This document shows, piece after piece, positions 52,071 through 64,000 of a stretch of DNA of 64,000 bases (positions are counted from its first letter, which is position 1; each line of letters starts with the position of its first letter). A program made the translations under genes and the position numbers. The stretch comes from Octopus sinensis. Lineage: Eukaryota. Where the stretch lies: the NCBI RefSeq assembly GCF_006345805.1, contig NC_043000.1, positions 137,516,001 through 137,580,000 of the forward strand, given 5' to 3'. Under the pieces are notes generated by a model. That model saw only the letters and a program-made list of their open reading frames with translations, was not told where the DNA came from and did no database searches.

Positions 52071-52239
52071 AAAAAGGAAGAGTTTAATAATGGTGAAAAT
52101 TAGCCCGAACACTGTATATATTAAATATCAAAGATAAAACTTATACGAGTTAATCCCCTCTCCACCTCAAAAAAATCTAAAGACAAACAAACACACAGAA
52201 TAACACCCAAGCCACAAATGGTAAAGCACGAACTTTTAT

Positions 52240-52692
52240 GTAGTAAATATTGTTTGCCAACATAACATGGCAGTCATGGTTTAGGACTAATGTTGCTGTA
52301 ATTTAGCCCCAGGAGACATCGTCTCCAGCTGGCGATACGACACGATCTGTAACCTTGTAGTTTCGAACAAGGAAATCTAGCACCGATACACAGCTCAAAA
52401 CAATATGTGTGTATCGCGATTCCTGGGTTGTTTCCCTTCATCAGCACAGAATAATTGCACGGCTAGAGGTGGCGCTCCCAAATTCCCGTTCGAAATATAT
52501 AGTTTTCAAAGTGACAAGTAATCACTGATTTGTAAATTAGAAAATTACTAATTTGAGCTGAATTGGGGTGCTAGATGACCTTGTTCGAAAATACAAGGAC
52601 ACAGATCATGTCGTTATAGCTAACTGGAGACAATGTCTCTTGGGGCTAAATTACAGGACTGCTGTGTTATGTTGGCAAACAATCTTTCCTAC
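52240..52692. mobile_element. MITE-like foldback with ~130-145-bp inverted arms and an HHR-like motif in the spacer
   Basis: Left arm GTAG..TTGTTTGCCAACATAAC...CTAGCACC pairs with right arm GGTGCTAG...GTTATGTTGGCAAACAA..CTAC. Confidence 0.85.
52408..52448 (-). ncRNA. HHR-like motif (one core substitution)
   Basis: Minus strand reads TGTG CTGATGA A GGG AAACAA CCC A GGAA TCGCGA TA/ CACA. Stems I and II and a palindromic stem III are present; GAAA reads GGAA. Confidence 0.55.
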
Positions 52693-53125
52693 AAATTACT
52701 GTTGCTGAATATCTCACGTCGTGAGATTTAAAGATAGTAACGAACTTTAATATTAACATAAACAGCCTAATGGACTAAAATATGATTTAACGGAGACAGT
52801 TCAAATGACTATATTATATATTGTTTTATCTAGTTAGATTAGTTTTGTTAATTTTTCTTTTCGTTACGATTTTGTTTAGTGTTATGTATGTTCTATTCTA
52901 TTATAACTTAATTATTTATTGATAACAAAGAACGTTCTCATTTAGATCGACTTTTGAATAAGATAGTTTGTTTACGTCTCCGTAAATTAGTGGTTCGGCA
53001 GAAACCATTGATAGAATGAGTGCCAGACCTTACAAAGAATTACGAATGGCGGTAGTTGTTCGACTGAACCTTCTAACGTGGTACAAGTAAAGGTGAAATA
53101 ATTTATATATATATATACATATATA

Positions 53126-53186
<61 letters not shown>

Positions 53187-53194
53187 CTTTTACT

Positions 53195-53345
53195 TATTTC
53201 AGTTATTTGACAGTAGCCATGCTGGAGCACAGCCTTAAAGAGAATTTAGTTAAAAAATCGACTTGTAAGCCTAGTACTTATTCTATCGGTCTCTTTCCCG
53301 AACCGCTATGTTAGGAGATATAAACACACCAGTATCGGTTGTCAA
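53195..53345 (-). mobile_element. SINE S1, 3' half
   Basis: TTTCAGTTATTTGACAGTAGCCATGCTGGAGCAC...GAACCGCTA...CACACCAGTATCGGTTGTCAA. Confidence 0.75.
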
Positions 53346-54853
53346 TTGATGTTATATATATATATATAGATATATTGATATGTACGGTGATATATCTGTG
53401 GGATATTTAGGAATTTAATATTTCTGATATATTGATAGATATAGATATATATAGAAACATATAGTATATATATATAGTATTGTACACACACTAACACACA
53501 CAGGAGCGCGCGCGCGAGTGTGTGTGCGTGCGGATATATATGCATACATCTATGAGCAGAAACAAATTAGACGGAAGAGAAGAATAAAGTGATATCGAAT
53601 AACAACTGAAAAATGAAAAGCTGAAACAAAACTCAAAACAAGTCGTGCTGCAAAACTTAAAATTACTGAATATGGAAGAAATAAATTTTGCCATGAATGA
53701 CAGGAACCAAACATATATGTGTGTGTTTGTGGGTGTGTGATCCATATGTGCATATATTCATATATCTGTGAATGTATATTTGTCTATAACGAAAAGCTAT
53801 TTGTCTTCGAATGAATTTGCCAGCTGTATTCTTCATCATGTTGCCTAGAAACTGAATCCCTTGTCATTTACCCTTCTCTCCATAGAAAATGCAGCAAAAC
53901 AAACAATTGCCCCATGGATAACATATAATCGACTGCGTTACATTCACATTTACTACATAAAATAAATGTATAGCAATCACTAACAACATTTTTTCTATTT
54001 TGTTTGAGGATTTGCCGCTCGTCCAGTCTTCTGTTTCTTCCGTAGGAAACAAATATCAATCGAAGCAATTTAGGGTTTGGAGTTTGTAAGTTTAACATGA
54101 AATGGTTCATTGTCGGATTTCGATCAATAGTGTGTCAAGACAAATAATATCTGAAACCTCTATAGCTTTCCCTGTTGGATCGGTTCATCTTTGGAAAGAA
54201 AAGACGTAAATACTTCGAAACTTTTTCTCTTTCTCTATATCTTTGAATTTCATTGGAAATGGCAGAATCCCTTCAACGATAATCTAAAATATTTTCGAAC
54301 AACTGAACGTTGATTTTACCAGATCGATTTTACAAATATCTGAGCTACATTGTATTTCCAAAATGAAAAGGCGGACATAATTTCTTTCGCACGTACATGA
54401 ACGCACACGCACGCACACATGCGTAAACATACTCACGCGTGCACACGCATACACAGGTATGCACACACATAATATAGTTGTAATGGGTGATGCTAGTGAT
54501 CTATATTTAGAAATACACTTGTATTTGAACTTAATCAGCATTAAACACTTAAAACCTTCTGGTCTTTCGGTTACTATATATTAGATAATATATTCTTAAT
54601 GGTTTTACTGATAGTTTAGTGAAGTGAGTAACCAAGGTATTTCGAATATCTATAGAGTATACTAATTATTAATAACTTCCATCATATGGGTCGCTGGAAC
54701 ATAGCTGATCTTTAAGTAGATGTGCAAATCACAGGTCATCCTTTATAACGTCTGCTGCTCCTTAGTATCTTTAAAAATACTCTGGTTTTCAAGAAACTGC
54801 TTCGTACATTATTGAAGATTTAACGTATTTAAGTTGGTATATTCCCTTTATTT

Positions 54854-55249
54854 AAGGCGGCGAGCTAGCAGAAACGTTAGCACGCCCGGTGAAATGCGTA
54901 GCTGTCTTTCGTCTGCCGTTACGTTCTGAGTTCAAATTCCGAGGTCGACTTTGCCTTTCATCCTTTCGGGGTCGATAAATTAAGTACCAGCTATGCACTG
55001 GGGTCAATATAATCGACTTAATCCGTTTATCTGTCCTTGTTTGTCCTCTCTGTGTTTAGCGCCTCGTGAGTAGTAAAGAAATAGGTACTTCATCTGTCTT
55101 TACGTTCTGAGTTCAAATTCCGCTGAGGTCGACTTTGCCTTTCATCCTTTCGGAGTCGATAAATTAAGTACCAGTTGCGTACTGGGCTCGATCTAATTGA
55201 CTGGCCCCCATCCCCCCAAATTTCGGGCCTTGTGCCTGATGGAGAAAAA
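54854..55249 (+). mobile_element. Dimeric SINE S2 (full monomer plus truncated monomer) with a single TSD
   Basis: Two S2 bodies with different tails, flanked by ATATTCCCTTTATTT (54839-54853) and ATATTCCCCCTATTT (55250-55264). Confidence 0.85.
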
Positions 55250-56496
55250 ATATTCCCCCTATTTGACGAAAGTTTAATTTGTCTACGCTCTGGTTAAACT
55301 TCATATGGAGAGAGCTATTTACATCGTGATAATACGCGATGATTTAGTAGTGTTCCGTTAATCAAACAAAGTACGAGCGACAATCGTTTGAACTAATTTC
55401 ACGATTGAGTAGCAATAAAAAATCTCCCAATGTATAATGTGTTTCAAATATGAAGGAATAAATTATGAAATATAAAAATATAAAAAGAATTCTTAGTTTC
55501 ATCAAACATAAGATAAAATCAACTTTTTAGTTATCACATAGTGAATTTGAAACCTAAACAAATATTACCTTCGTAGATAATTTTGTGATTTTCAGTTCAC
55601 AACAATAGTTATTTCTCTTGGGCTTTAAGAAATCCCACACAAATAGCACTTAAATTAGTTACTGTACAACTAATCTAAATATTTCCTTATTCACGAAATC
55701 TCAGAGAGAAATTCGAATCAATTATTCGACGACAAAATAGCATATTTATTTTACAATGCAAATCTCTCAGAATTGAAAATCTTTCAATGTAACTTTCGAT
55801 TAATTGTCAAAGTTAAATTTAGTCACTGAATATATACGTAAATTCGTAATGTGATGGAAGAAAATTAAAATACAGTACAGTATAAACGCAAAGCAGCACA
55901 TTGCATAAAGTAAGAAAACTGATAACGCTTCATTATTTAAAACATTACCCCACAATAAACATATACTTGAACATATACATTTTATAAAGTATATATGAAT
56001 ATATAATCATTATAATTTGAAGCAGCCATATTGGAGTGGCGACAAATATTATTTGTCATTATAATTTGAAAATACATGTATTCTGTATGTAAGAGGAATT
56101 TAAATATTTTGCATGCATACACGCATACGTATATACATAAGTATTTGTGCATATAAATACTTAGAGGCAGCCTCATCACATTGTTAACCTGAGATATTTC
56201 ACAAAGAATTGATAATTTCTCAACAGAAAACGATTAATCAGACACTTGCCCAGATAAGAAGAGGATGAATAATTAAAAGAAAAAAAAAGAAAACGTAAAT
56301 AAAAATCTTCAGAAAATTGACCCAAAACAACGAACCAATATTATAAGAACTTTGCTTAGAATAGTATATAAGTGCCTACAATGCTAAATCTCCAAACCTC
56401 ACTGATAAATTTGAAAAATATTGTTGAAATATCAAAAATATTTGAGGCTGCTCTGAAATGTTCCTGTAAAAAAGTAAAGACCTCTCAGATATCAAA

Positions 56497-56586
56497 AGAT
56501 TTTACGTACTTAAGTTGGTATATTCCCTTTATTTGATGAGAATTTAATTTGTGTACGCTCCAGTTAAACTTCATGTGGAGAGAGCT
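56497..56586 (+). repeat. ~90-bp paralogue of the sequence interrupted by the SINE dimer (empty site)
   Basis: GATTTTACGTACTTAAGTTGGTATATTCCCTTTATTTGATGAG...GTTAAACTTCATGTGGAGAGAGCT matches 54816-54853 joined to 55265-55317. Confidence 0.85.
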
Positions 56587-56855
56587 CATGTTCTAGGAGA
56601 ATCGTCCGAAATAAAATATTTCCTGCTGTTTTTATGTTCATATTTTTATATTTTACTTGATAATTTTCGTGTGATATATAGGGACCATGTATCCTGCAAG
56701 TTCTTTGAGGCTGGCGTGGTAGTTGCCGTTAATGTTATTTTTTTAAACTATCGCATGGCGATATTTGCAGGAAGAAAACATGAACAGAGAGGAGATTCTA
56801 AAGTGCCGATGCACTGGGAAGAAAAGACTGGGAATAGTGCATAGGTGGAAGTGAT

Positions 56856-57241
56856 AGTGGAAGCACTCCGTCGGTTACGACGATGAGGGTTCCGGTTGAT
56901 CCGAATCAACGGAACAGCATGCTCGTGAAATTAGCGCGTAAGTGGCTGAGCACTCCATAGACACGTGTACCCTTAACGTAGTTCTCGGGGATATTCAGCG
57001 TGACACAGAGAGTGACAAGGCCGACCCTTTGAAATACAGGTACAACAGAAACAGGAAGCAAGAGTGAGAGAAAGTTGTGGTGAAAGAGTACAGCAGGGAT
57101 CACCACCATCCCTGCCGGAGCCTCGTGGAGCTTTAGGTGTTTTCGTTCAATAAACACTCACAACGCCCGGTCTGGGAATCGAAACCGCGATCCTACGACC
57201 GCGAGTCCGCTGCCCTAACCACTGGGTCATTGCACCTCACC
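56856..57241 (-). mobile_element. SINE S3, long-body variant, TSD GGAAGTGAT
   Basis: tRNA head on the minus strand (CAATGACCCAGTGGTTAGGGC...GGTTTCGATTCCC). TSD at 56847-56855 and 57242-57250. Confidence 0.9.
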
Positions 57242-57546
57242 GGAAGTGATGGACAAAACAAGTATGAGGATAAATGGGGAAGGATCCTTTTCAGATTTGC
57301 TATTTATTCTAACAGCAACGTTAAAGCGACTTCTCAGTCGTAGGAAAGAATATTTGGGTTGCCAGGATAAATTCTCATAGCATTTTAAAGCATATAACAG
57401 TAGCAGAGCCAATAATCTGTATTAGTTCTGAGACCAGATGACCTAATTCTACTCCTGAAATCATACAAAGCTAACATTATTAGAACTTTGAAAATACTTT
57501 ATACCATCTGCATGGACGCTGTTCGATTACCACAAATGTTGGGAAA

Positions 57547-57935
57547 TGGATGGAAGCACTCCGTCGGTTACGACGATGAGGGTTCCGGTTGATCCGATCA
57601 ACGGAACAGCCTGCTCGTGAAATTAACGTGTAAGGTGCTGAGCACTCCACAGACACGTGTACCCTTAACGTAGTTCTCGGGGATATTCAGCGTGACACAG
57701 AGAGTGACAAGGCCGGCCTTTTGAAATACAGGTACAACAGAAACAGGAAGAAAGAGTGAGTGAAAGTTGTGGTGAAAGAGTACAGCAGGGATCACCACCA
57801 TCCCCTGCCGGAGCCTCGTGGAGCTTTAGGTGTTTTCGCTCAATAAACACTCACAACGCCCGGTCTGGGAATCGAAACCGCGATCCTACGACCGCGAGTC
57901 CTCTGCCCTAACCACTGGGCCATTGCGCCTCCACT
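57547..57935 (-). mobile_element. SINE S3, long-body variant, TSD ATGTTGGGAAA
   Basis: Head GTGGAGGCGCAATGGCCCAGTGG. TSD at 57536-57546 and 57936-57946. Confidence 0.9.
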
Positions 57936-58395
57936 ATGTTGGGAAAAACATGCACCTCAAGTAATAAAGGTTGCAGACAGGCTCAGGTAAACAAAAAACA
58001 GTACAGCATCATTTTAAAGAATCATAAAGAGAATTATATGCAGAAAGATAATAAACAATTTCAACAAGGGTGTACTATGCCCAATATTGTTTCGAATCTG
58101 TCTTGCAGGGCTTCTGCAAAAACACAGCTAAACGATACACAAGACATAAGATCGTCCCTTGCTTACATGGCTTAAACGAAATATACTTTAACGGTGAAAT
58201 TAATTTCACATCGAGGGTATCAAGCTGTATACCAGATCTCACATTTCTGTCTACCTGTCTCTCTCTTGGTGCTGCAGCCGAAGTATGCACGGGTAGGTGT
58301 TTAAAGATAAACTATTTTGTGCAAGTATGTCTTTCTCTCTGTCTCGCAGTTTTCTCTTTCAACCTCTTTCTCTCTCTCCCAGTACACACAGATGG

Positions 58396-58426
<31 letters not shown>

Positions 58427-58659
58427 CACACATACATATCCTATCCTAGATAAATTGAATATAAAATATCGCTTAAACAGAAATCAATTTTATCGTAACT
58501 GGCTATATAGCTGCATTTCGGGAAATAAGTAAAAAGAGTAAATCTAACAATAAATAATAAATAAAGTGTTTTTGCCAATCACCTCGGTATGAGATACTTT
58601 TCAAAATATATTGTTTCTATCAAATCAATATAGATAAGCTAATTATTTCTTGGCCCCAT

Positions 58660-59020
58660 TGCTGCCGCTGCTTCCGCTACCACTGCTGTTACCGCTGTAC
58701 CTACTGCCGCGGCTGCTATTACTACTACTACTACTGCTGCTGCCGCCGCCGCCACCACCACTATTACTACTACTACCACCACCACCACCACCACCACCAC
58801 TACTACTACTACTACCACCACCACCACTACAACCACTACTACTGCTACTACTACTACTACCACCACCACCACTACTACTACTACTACCACCACCACCACT
58901 ACTACTACTACTACTACCAACACCACTACCACCACCACCACCACCACCACTACCACCACTACTGCTACTACTACTGCTACCACCGCCACCACCACCACCA
59001 GCATTACCACCACTACTACA

Positions 59021-59060
<40 letters not shown>

Positions 59061-59108
59061 TTACTACTACTACTACCACCACCACCACCACCACCACTAC
59101 CACCACTG

Positions 59109-59152
<44 letters not shown>
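58660..59152. repeat. Compound (ACT/ACC/GCT)n trinucleotide low-complexity tract
   Basis: Direct reading. It explains the poly-V, poly-S/G and poly-L/P ORFs. Confidence 0.9.
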
Positions 59153-59153
<1 letters not shown>

Positions 59154-61020
59154 TCGATTGAAAGCGGCCTTAGATTTATTGGATATTGCATTCTTTTCAG
59201 CAACTGCAAACAACACGAAATCGTTTTAAATAAAGGAAAATGGAAAACGAAAAATAATTTTAATTACATCTCACAAAAGAATCGGTATCCAAATCAAAAT
59301 TACCATATGTCAGAGTTGTGTGTTGCTGAGCTCTCTCTCTCTCACACACACACATTTATGCATATATGTGTATATGTATGCTAGTACGAGTTTGTTTATG
59401 AATGGTTCTTTAATGTAAGTATATATATTTTATATAATAATTATATAGGAACATCGAAAAAGAAAAAGGGAATATTATATGGATGTTCATTGAAATATGT
59501 CAATTTTAAGCTTACCTTAATCTTTTTCGAAATTATATATGATGTGTACATACGACTGTATAAAGACAATGTATTTGTGTTGACACGTACGCAAACACAT
59601 ATGCATACATGTGCGTGTGAATAGACGTAGGTAAGTTGAATAAACCTACGTATGTGTGTACTTGTGTGTTTACGTTTGTGCAGAAAGCCGTCGATGTGCA
59701 TGGATGAACGTGTCTTTCTTTATGAATTGGGTGACAGTTTGAAATCACGTGCACGCGTGCGTGCGCACCGACTTACACAAACACAGATATGTATAACTGA
59801 ACGCTTTTTGAAAACGAAAAGGATATAATATATGATTTTTTTTTTTTTTTTTTTGGTTGGTGGTAGGGAACATGAATACGTGCAAAATCTTGTGAGTGGT
59901 TCTGAAAATACAAATTAGAAAATAAATTTTCCATGTTCATTCACCCATTAAATTTAATAAGAAGAGCCATTTCATCACCAGCTGGCTGATCGGCTTTCGC
60001 AGACGAACATGATCTGGTAATATTTATGAACGCCTAAAAGATTTGTCATTAACTCATGCTACCATATCTTTGGAGAAATTCAATCATGACGCAAACGACA
60101 GCTACAAAGTAGAGACATTTCATAATGTTGCTTTCCTTTTATAAAGCATCTATATTTTGCTTTTTTCTATCTGCTCTCCTTTTATTGAAATTAATTTTAT
60201 TATATATATATATATATATATATATTTGCATATGCTGTTTTCTATTTTCTATTTTCCATATCGATTCCAATTTTGCTTTCCTTTATTTTCTCTTCGCCAC
60301 TTTAAATTAGCAGATATTTTCTTTATCAATTTATTCACCTCAAAGAATATGTTGGATTTTGATTTTATTCTCAAACAGACTGCACTTTACCACACAAAAA
60401 AAAATCAATTTGTGGTTGCAGGTTACAATACACCTCATCACTCATTTAGTGTCGCTTCCCTCAATATTTGACTCCTACCGGCATTGCTTTCCAATTTTCA
60501 CACTAAATTTTGCTGTCTTTTTTTCCTACCTCTTAACCTCAATTTCTCTCTGTGTTTCCTTATTACGTCATCACTGAGTTTCTTTCAGTTTTGATAGAAG
60601 TTTACCAATAGCTTTATTTCAGCTGGAATTCAACAATTTAAAATCTAAATAGCACATGCGTTCGTATACATAGAAAATTCCAGCATTCCAAGTATTCTGT
60701 ATGCTATATACAAGCACATATTAAACAGTTCCCGAATGTATGAATCTCTATATTTAGGCATTCATCGTACATGCACAGAGACAGACATGTTCGTAGATAC
60801 ACTCAGACACACGCTCACAATCATGCACGCACAGAAACACAGATTCGCACACATTGACGACGTAAAACATTAAATACTAACTCTAAAATAATACATATTG
60901 TGGTGTCTTGAATCTTCCAGTTTCGCAAAGCTTGTGCGAGATATTATTATGAAGTACAAATTACCAAATGTTTCTGTCTGTGTGTTTGTATCTCTCTATC
61001 TCTCACTCTCTCTCTTTATA

Positions 61021-61064
<44 letters not shown>

Positions 61065-61066
<2 letters not shown>

Positions 61067-61470
61067 TGCAGGCGTGGCTGAGCGGTAAGAAGCTTGCTTT
61101 TCAACCAGATGGTTCCGGTTCAGTCCCACTGCCTGGCACCTTGGGCAAGTGTTTTCTAATATAGCCTCGGGCCGACCAAAGCCTTGTGAGTGGGTTTGGT
61201 AGACGGAAACTGAAAGAAGCCTGTCGTATATATATATATATATACATACATATGTATATATATGTATGTGTGTGTGCGTGCGTGTGAGTATTTGTGTATC
61301 TGTGTCCCCCACCATCGCTTGACAACAGATGCTGGTGTGTTTACGTCCCCCTAATAGGTGGTTCAGCAAAAGACATCGATAGCATAAATTAACAAAGCGG
61401 TCGATTAAAACCAGTTAAGACGGTGCTCCAGCATGGCCGCAGTCAAATGAGTGAAACAAGTAAAAGAATA
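61065..61470 (+). mobile_element. SINE S1, full length
   Basis: GCAGGCGTGGCTGAGCGGTAAG head, CCTTGGGCAAGTG, internal (TA)/(TG) tract, tail GGCCGCAGTCAAATGAGTGAAACAAGTAAAAG. Confidence 0.88.
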
Positions 61471-61559
61471 AAAATATATATAAATATTCACACACACACA
61501 CACACACAACATATATATCAAAGAAAGGATCAAAAGTTTATCCTGTGCCAAAGCTCCAT

Positions 61560-62010
61560 AAGTCCGGTTTCCCGTATTATGTGGCGTATAATATCTCCCA
61601 CCTCCACAAAGATGGTAGATCGGTCCGTCGCAAGGTTACTCAGTTCTGTTGGCTGAATGGACTAGAGCAGTATAACGCATCGCCCGCTCCTGCAATCAGA
61701 ATTCCGATCTTATGATTAGGAATGCGCGCATGCACATACTGGATATTTTTCGCGTTTAACTTCTGAAGAGTAGACGGTGAATTATTTTAGCCTCTCTCAC
61801 TAGCTCATTTGTTGTACTTGGTGTACTAGCGTTGGTTCGGCTTGAATACTGCTCTTATTTGCGGCTAAACGGTGCCCATAATTGGGCGCAATAGTCTAGG
61901 TGACTCGGAACAAATATTTTCGACAAATCTAACAGATTTCTTTATACTAGTTCTGAATGATCACATAATCCAACCTTTAGGCCATTGCCTTCTTTGTAAC
62001 AATTTAAAAA
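61560..62010 (-). pseudogene. Decayed CR1/L2-group LINE RT C-terminus
   Basis: Minus-strand pieces WIM*SFRT, KIFVPSHLDYCAQLWAP and YSSEVKREKY parallel [19 protein letters not shown] and [10 protein letters not shown] in the 257-1438 ORF. Confidence 0.65.
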
Positions 62011-62554
62011 TGGATGAATCTTTCTAAATTTTTGCATACATTATTTATTTTGTATATATTTTCCATTTTCATAACTTTGTTTTCAATTGCATTTCATTTT
62101 TCTTTTTGGAGAGGTGCGTCTCTAAAGAAGCGCCCAAGTTTGTATTTATGCACATCACTACTTATCACTGTCTCCCCGTATTTAATTTACTACGAGCCAC
62201 CGAATAGCGCAACCAGTCATTCAACGATGACGGGAATATAAGAATTGAGACCTGTCTCCCATGTCAATTCGCAGCGTATGTTTTTCCTATCTCTGTTGCA
62301 TGGACCCAGCAGTCTGGTTAGGGAGTGCTGCGAGCTGACACGGTGTATTTACTCTTATTTGTCTATGACAAAACACAGAGAAAGCCTTCCTTACGGATTC
62401 GTATATACTTCAAGCATATTTGAACTTGTAACGTGTTTGTATCTATACACGTCAATTGCTTATCATTTATACCCATACTAAATATATAGAGAAATATCAT
62501 TATTTCTAATTATCTCTAAAGGAGACTACGGCAGCGGTACTGGATATTAACAGT

Positions 62555-62783
62555 TATCACCAAGCTAATATGGCAGTCTAGAAAATTAGGACAAATGCTG
62601 CCGTTGATTAGCTCCAAAAAGCCATCGCTTCTAGCTAGCTATGTGACACACAAACCTGTCTCCATTATAACCTTTGGACACAGGTTTGCGTGTCACATAG
62701 CTAGCTAGAGGTGATGCCTCTTGCAGCTAATCAAAGGCAGCATTCGTCCTATTTTTCTGGACTGCCATGTTAGCTTGGCGATA
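62555..62783. mobile_element. Short foldback (MITE-like), ~105-bp arms with a ~17-nt loop
   Basis: TATCACCAAGCTAATATGGCAGTC...GTGACACACAAACCTGT pairs with ACAGGTTTGCGTGTCAC...GACTGCCATGTTAGCTTGGCGATA. Confidence 0.88.
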
Positions 62784-63732
62784 CCTCTTAATAAATATAT
62801 ATATATATATTTCATTTAAGTAATGATTAAACACACACTAACTCTATCATTCAACACATACAGTTTCTGAAGAACAGTTCTTTCTATAATGTATAGCATC
62901 TTTTAATGTTTCATTCCCCTGTAAAATATATGTATTGCTTACCATCACCATCCAAGACATTTCAGTAGTTTCCCACCTCTTGCAATAGTTCTCAGTGGTC
63001 TGCATTCCAATAATACATCTTCTCTTACGAGAAATCCATTCGTACGTGTAGTGGTTGACAATTGATAATGTAACAAACAGTGATTCAACTTTTCTATCTG
63101 ATACATTGATCAATTACACATTTGAATTCCAAAGACTGTACACACCCCGTGAGTTCACTCTGACAAGTGATGTAGCAACGAGTCACATCTTTCTACAGTA
63201 ACATAGACTTCCCCCAACACTGCAGATTTCATTATCATTCCTATCTCTTTAAACTTGAAAAGAACATTTATCGTTATGGACTGAAGCAACGTCAGATATT
63301 ATATTTCTCTTCTGCACATACACACGTGTGCGCTTGCACACACAGACACGCACAAGCTGCTAACGTGCGAGAACACACATATATTAAAATATTAGTCGAT
63401 ACATCACCCTTCATAAAAATCTAATTTTGAACGGCATTAGTACAGCAAAGACTTCCGCACTACCTTTATATCTATATTGTGATATGTTCATAAATATTGA
63501 TTTGTGTGAGGTTTTCGAGTCAACATGTGCGCGCGCACAAACACAAGCATACACACACACAGACACACACATTATTAACAATGGTAATAGTATCTTATTT
63601 AATTTTATAGTGTACTGGCTCACATTATGTTTGTTTTTGAACGTCGCGGGGGCATTCAAATGTAAGAACGCTCACGGTGAAATGGTGAAGAACATTTCAA
63701 AAATAGATGATTTACAGTAAAACAGTTCTATA

Positions 63733-63866
63733 TTTACGGAGATGTACTTGCATAGCAAGTGATTTGATCTGAGATCGTGTGTTGGAACGAAAACAATTGC
63801 AGCGTGGAAGGTGTTTGTAAGCCATTTAAGAAACACACAAAAGCCGTTCGATTCACTTCAACATTT
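63733..63866 (+). repeat. Interspersed repeat, same family as 2690-2870
   Basis: Direct alignment by eye. Confidence 0.75.
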
Positions 63867-64000
63867 ATGAATTTTCCTAATATGTAGTATGCAAACCTTA
63901 GTAATGATAATCCATCATTCAATATGTAATTATGTAAGACCCTTTATTTTATACACTACTCCAGGAAGCTTATACACTATTTGGGGTATTAATTCAGTAT

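Noticed and set aside
58639-59384. Long poly-V, Gly/Ser-rich, Leu/Pro-rich or mucin-like Thr-rich CDS
   Set aside because: Frames are open only because of the trinucleotide repeat; there are no splice signals or unique domain.

Overview
AT-rich, microsatellite-dense animal DNA. The repeat families look like those of a coleoid cephalopod (Octopus-like); this is recognised from memory, not from a database search. I find no host protein-coding gene that I can support, so the window reads as intronic or intergenic. Most entries in the ORF track are microsatellite artefacts. The window is a mosaic of transposable elements: a 5'-truncated CR1/L2-group LINE with an intact RT ORF inside a (TA)n tract, a Helitron Rep relic, two Tc1/mariner relics, an RTE relic, several R4/Dong-like RLE retrotransposon fragments (most inside (AAT)n tracts), three tRNA-derived SINE families, long foldback elements (some carrying TTAGGG repeats), Penelope-like (PLE) remnants and near-identical tandem duplications. 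The strongest signal is a set of minimal type-I hammerhead-ribozyme (HHR) motifs, each family with its own palindromic stem III. One family sits directly behind a tRNA-Arg-like Pol III cassette, both at the 3' end of a PLE GIY-YIG ORF (~25 kb) and as an ORF-less head-to-head palindrome (48.5-49.6 kb). Another HHR-like motif lies in the spacer of a MITE-like foldback (~52.4 kb). Boundaries were read by eye and are approximate unless a motif is quoted.
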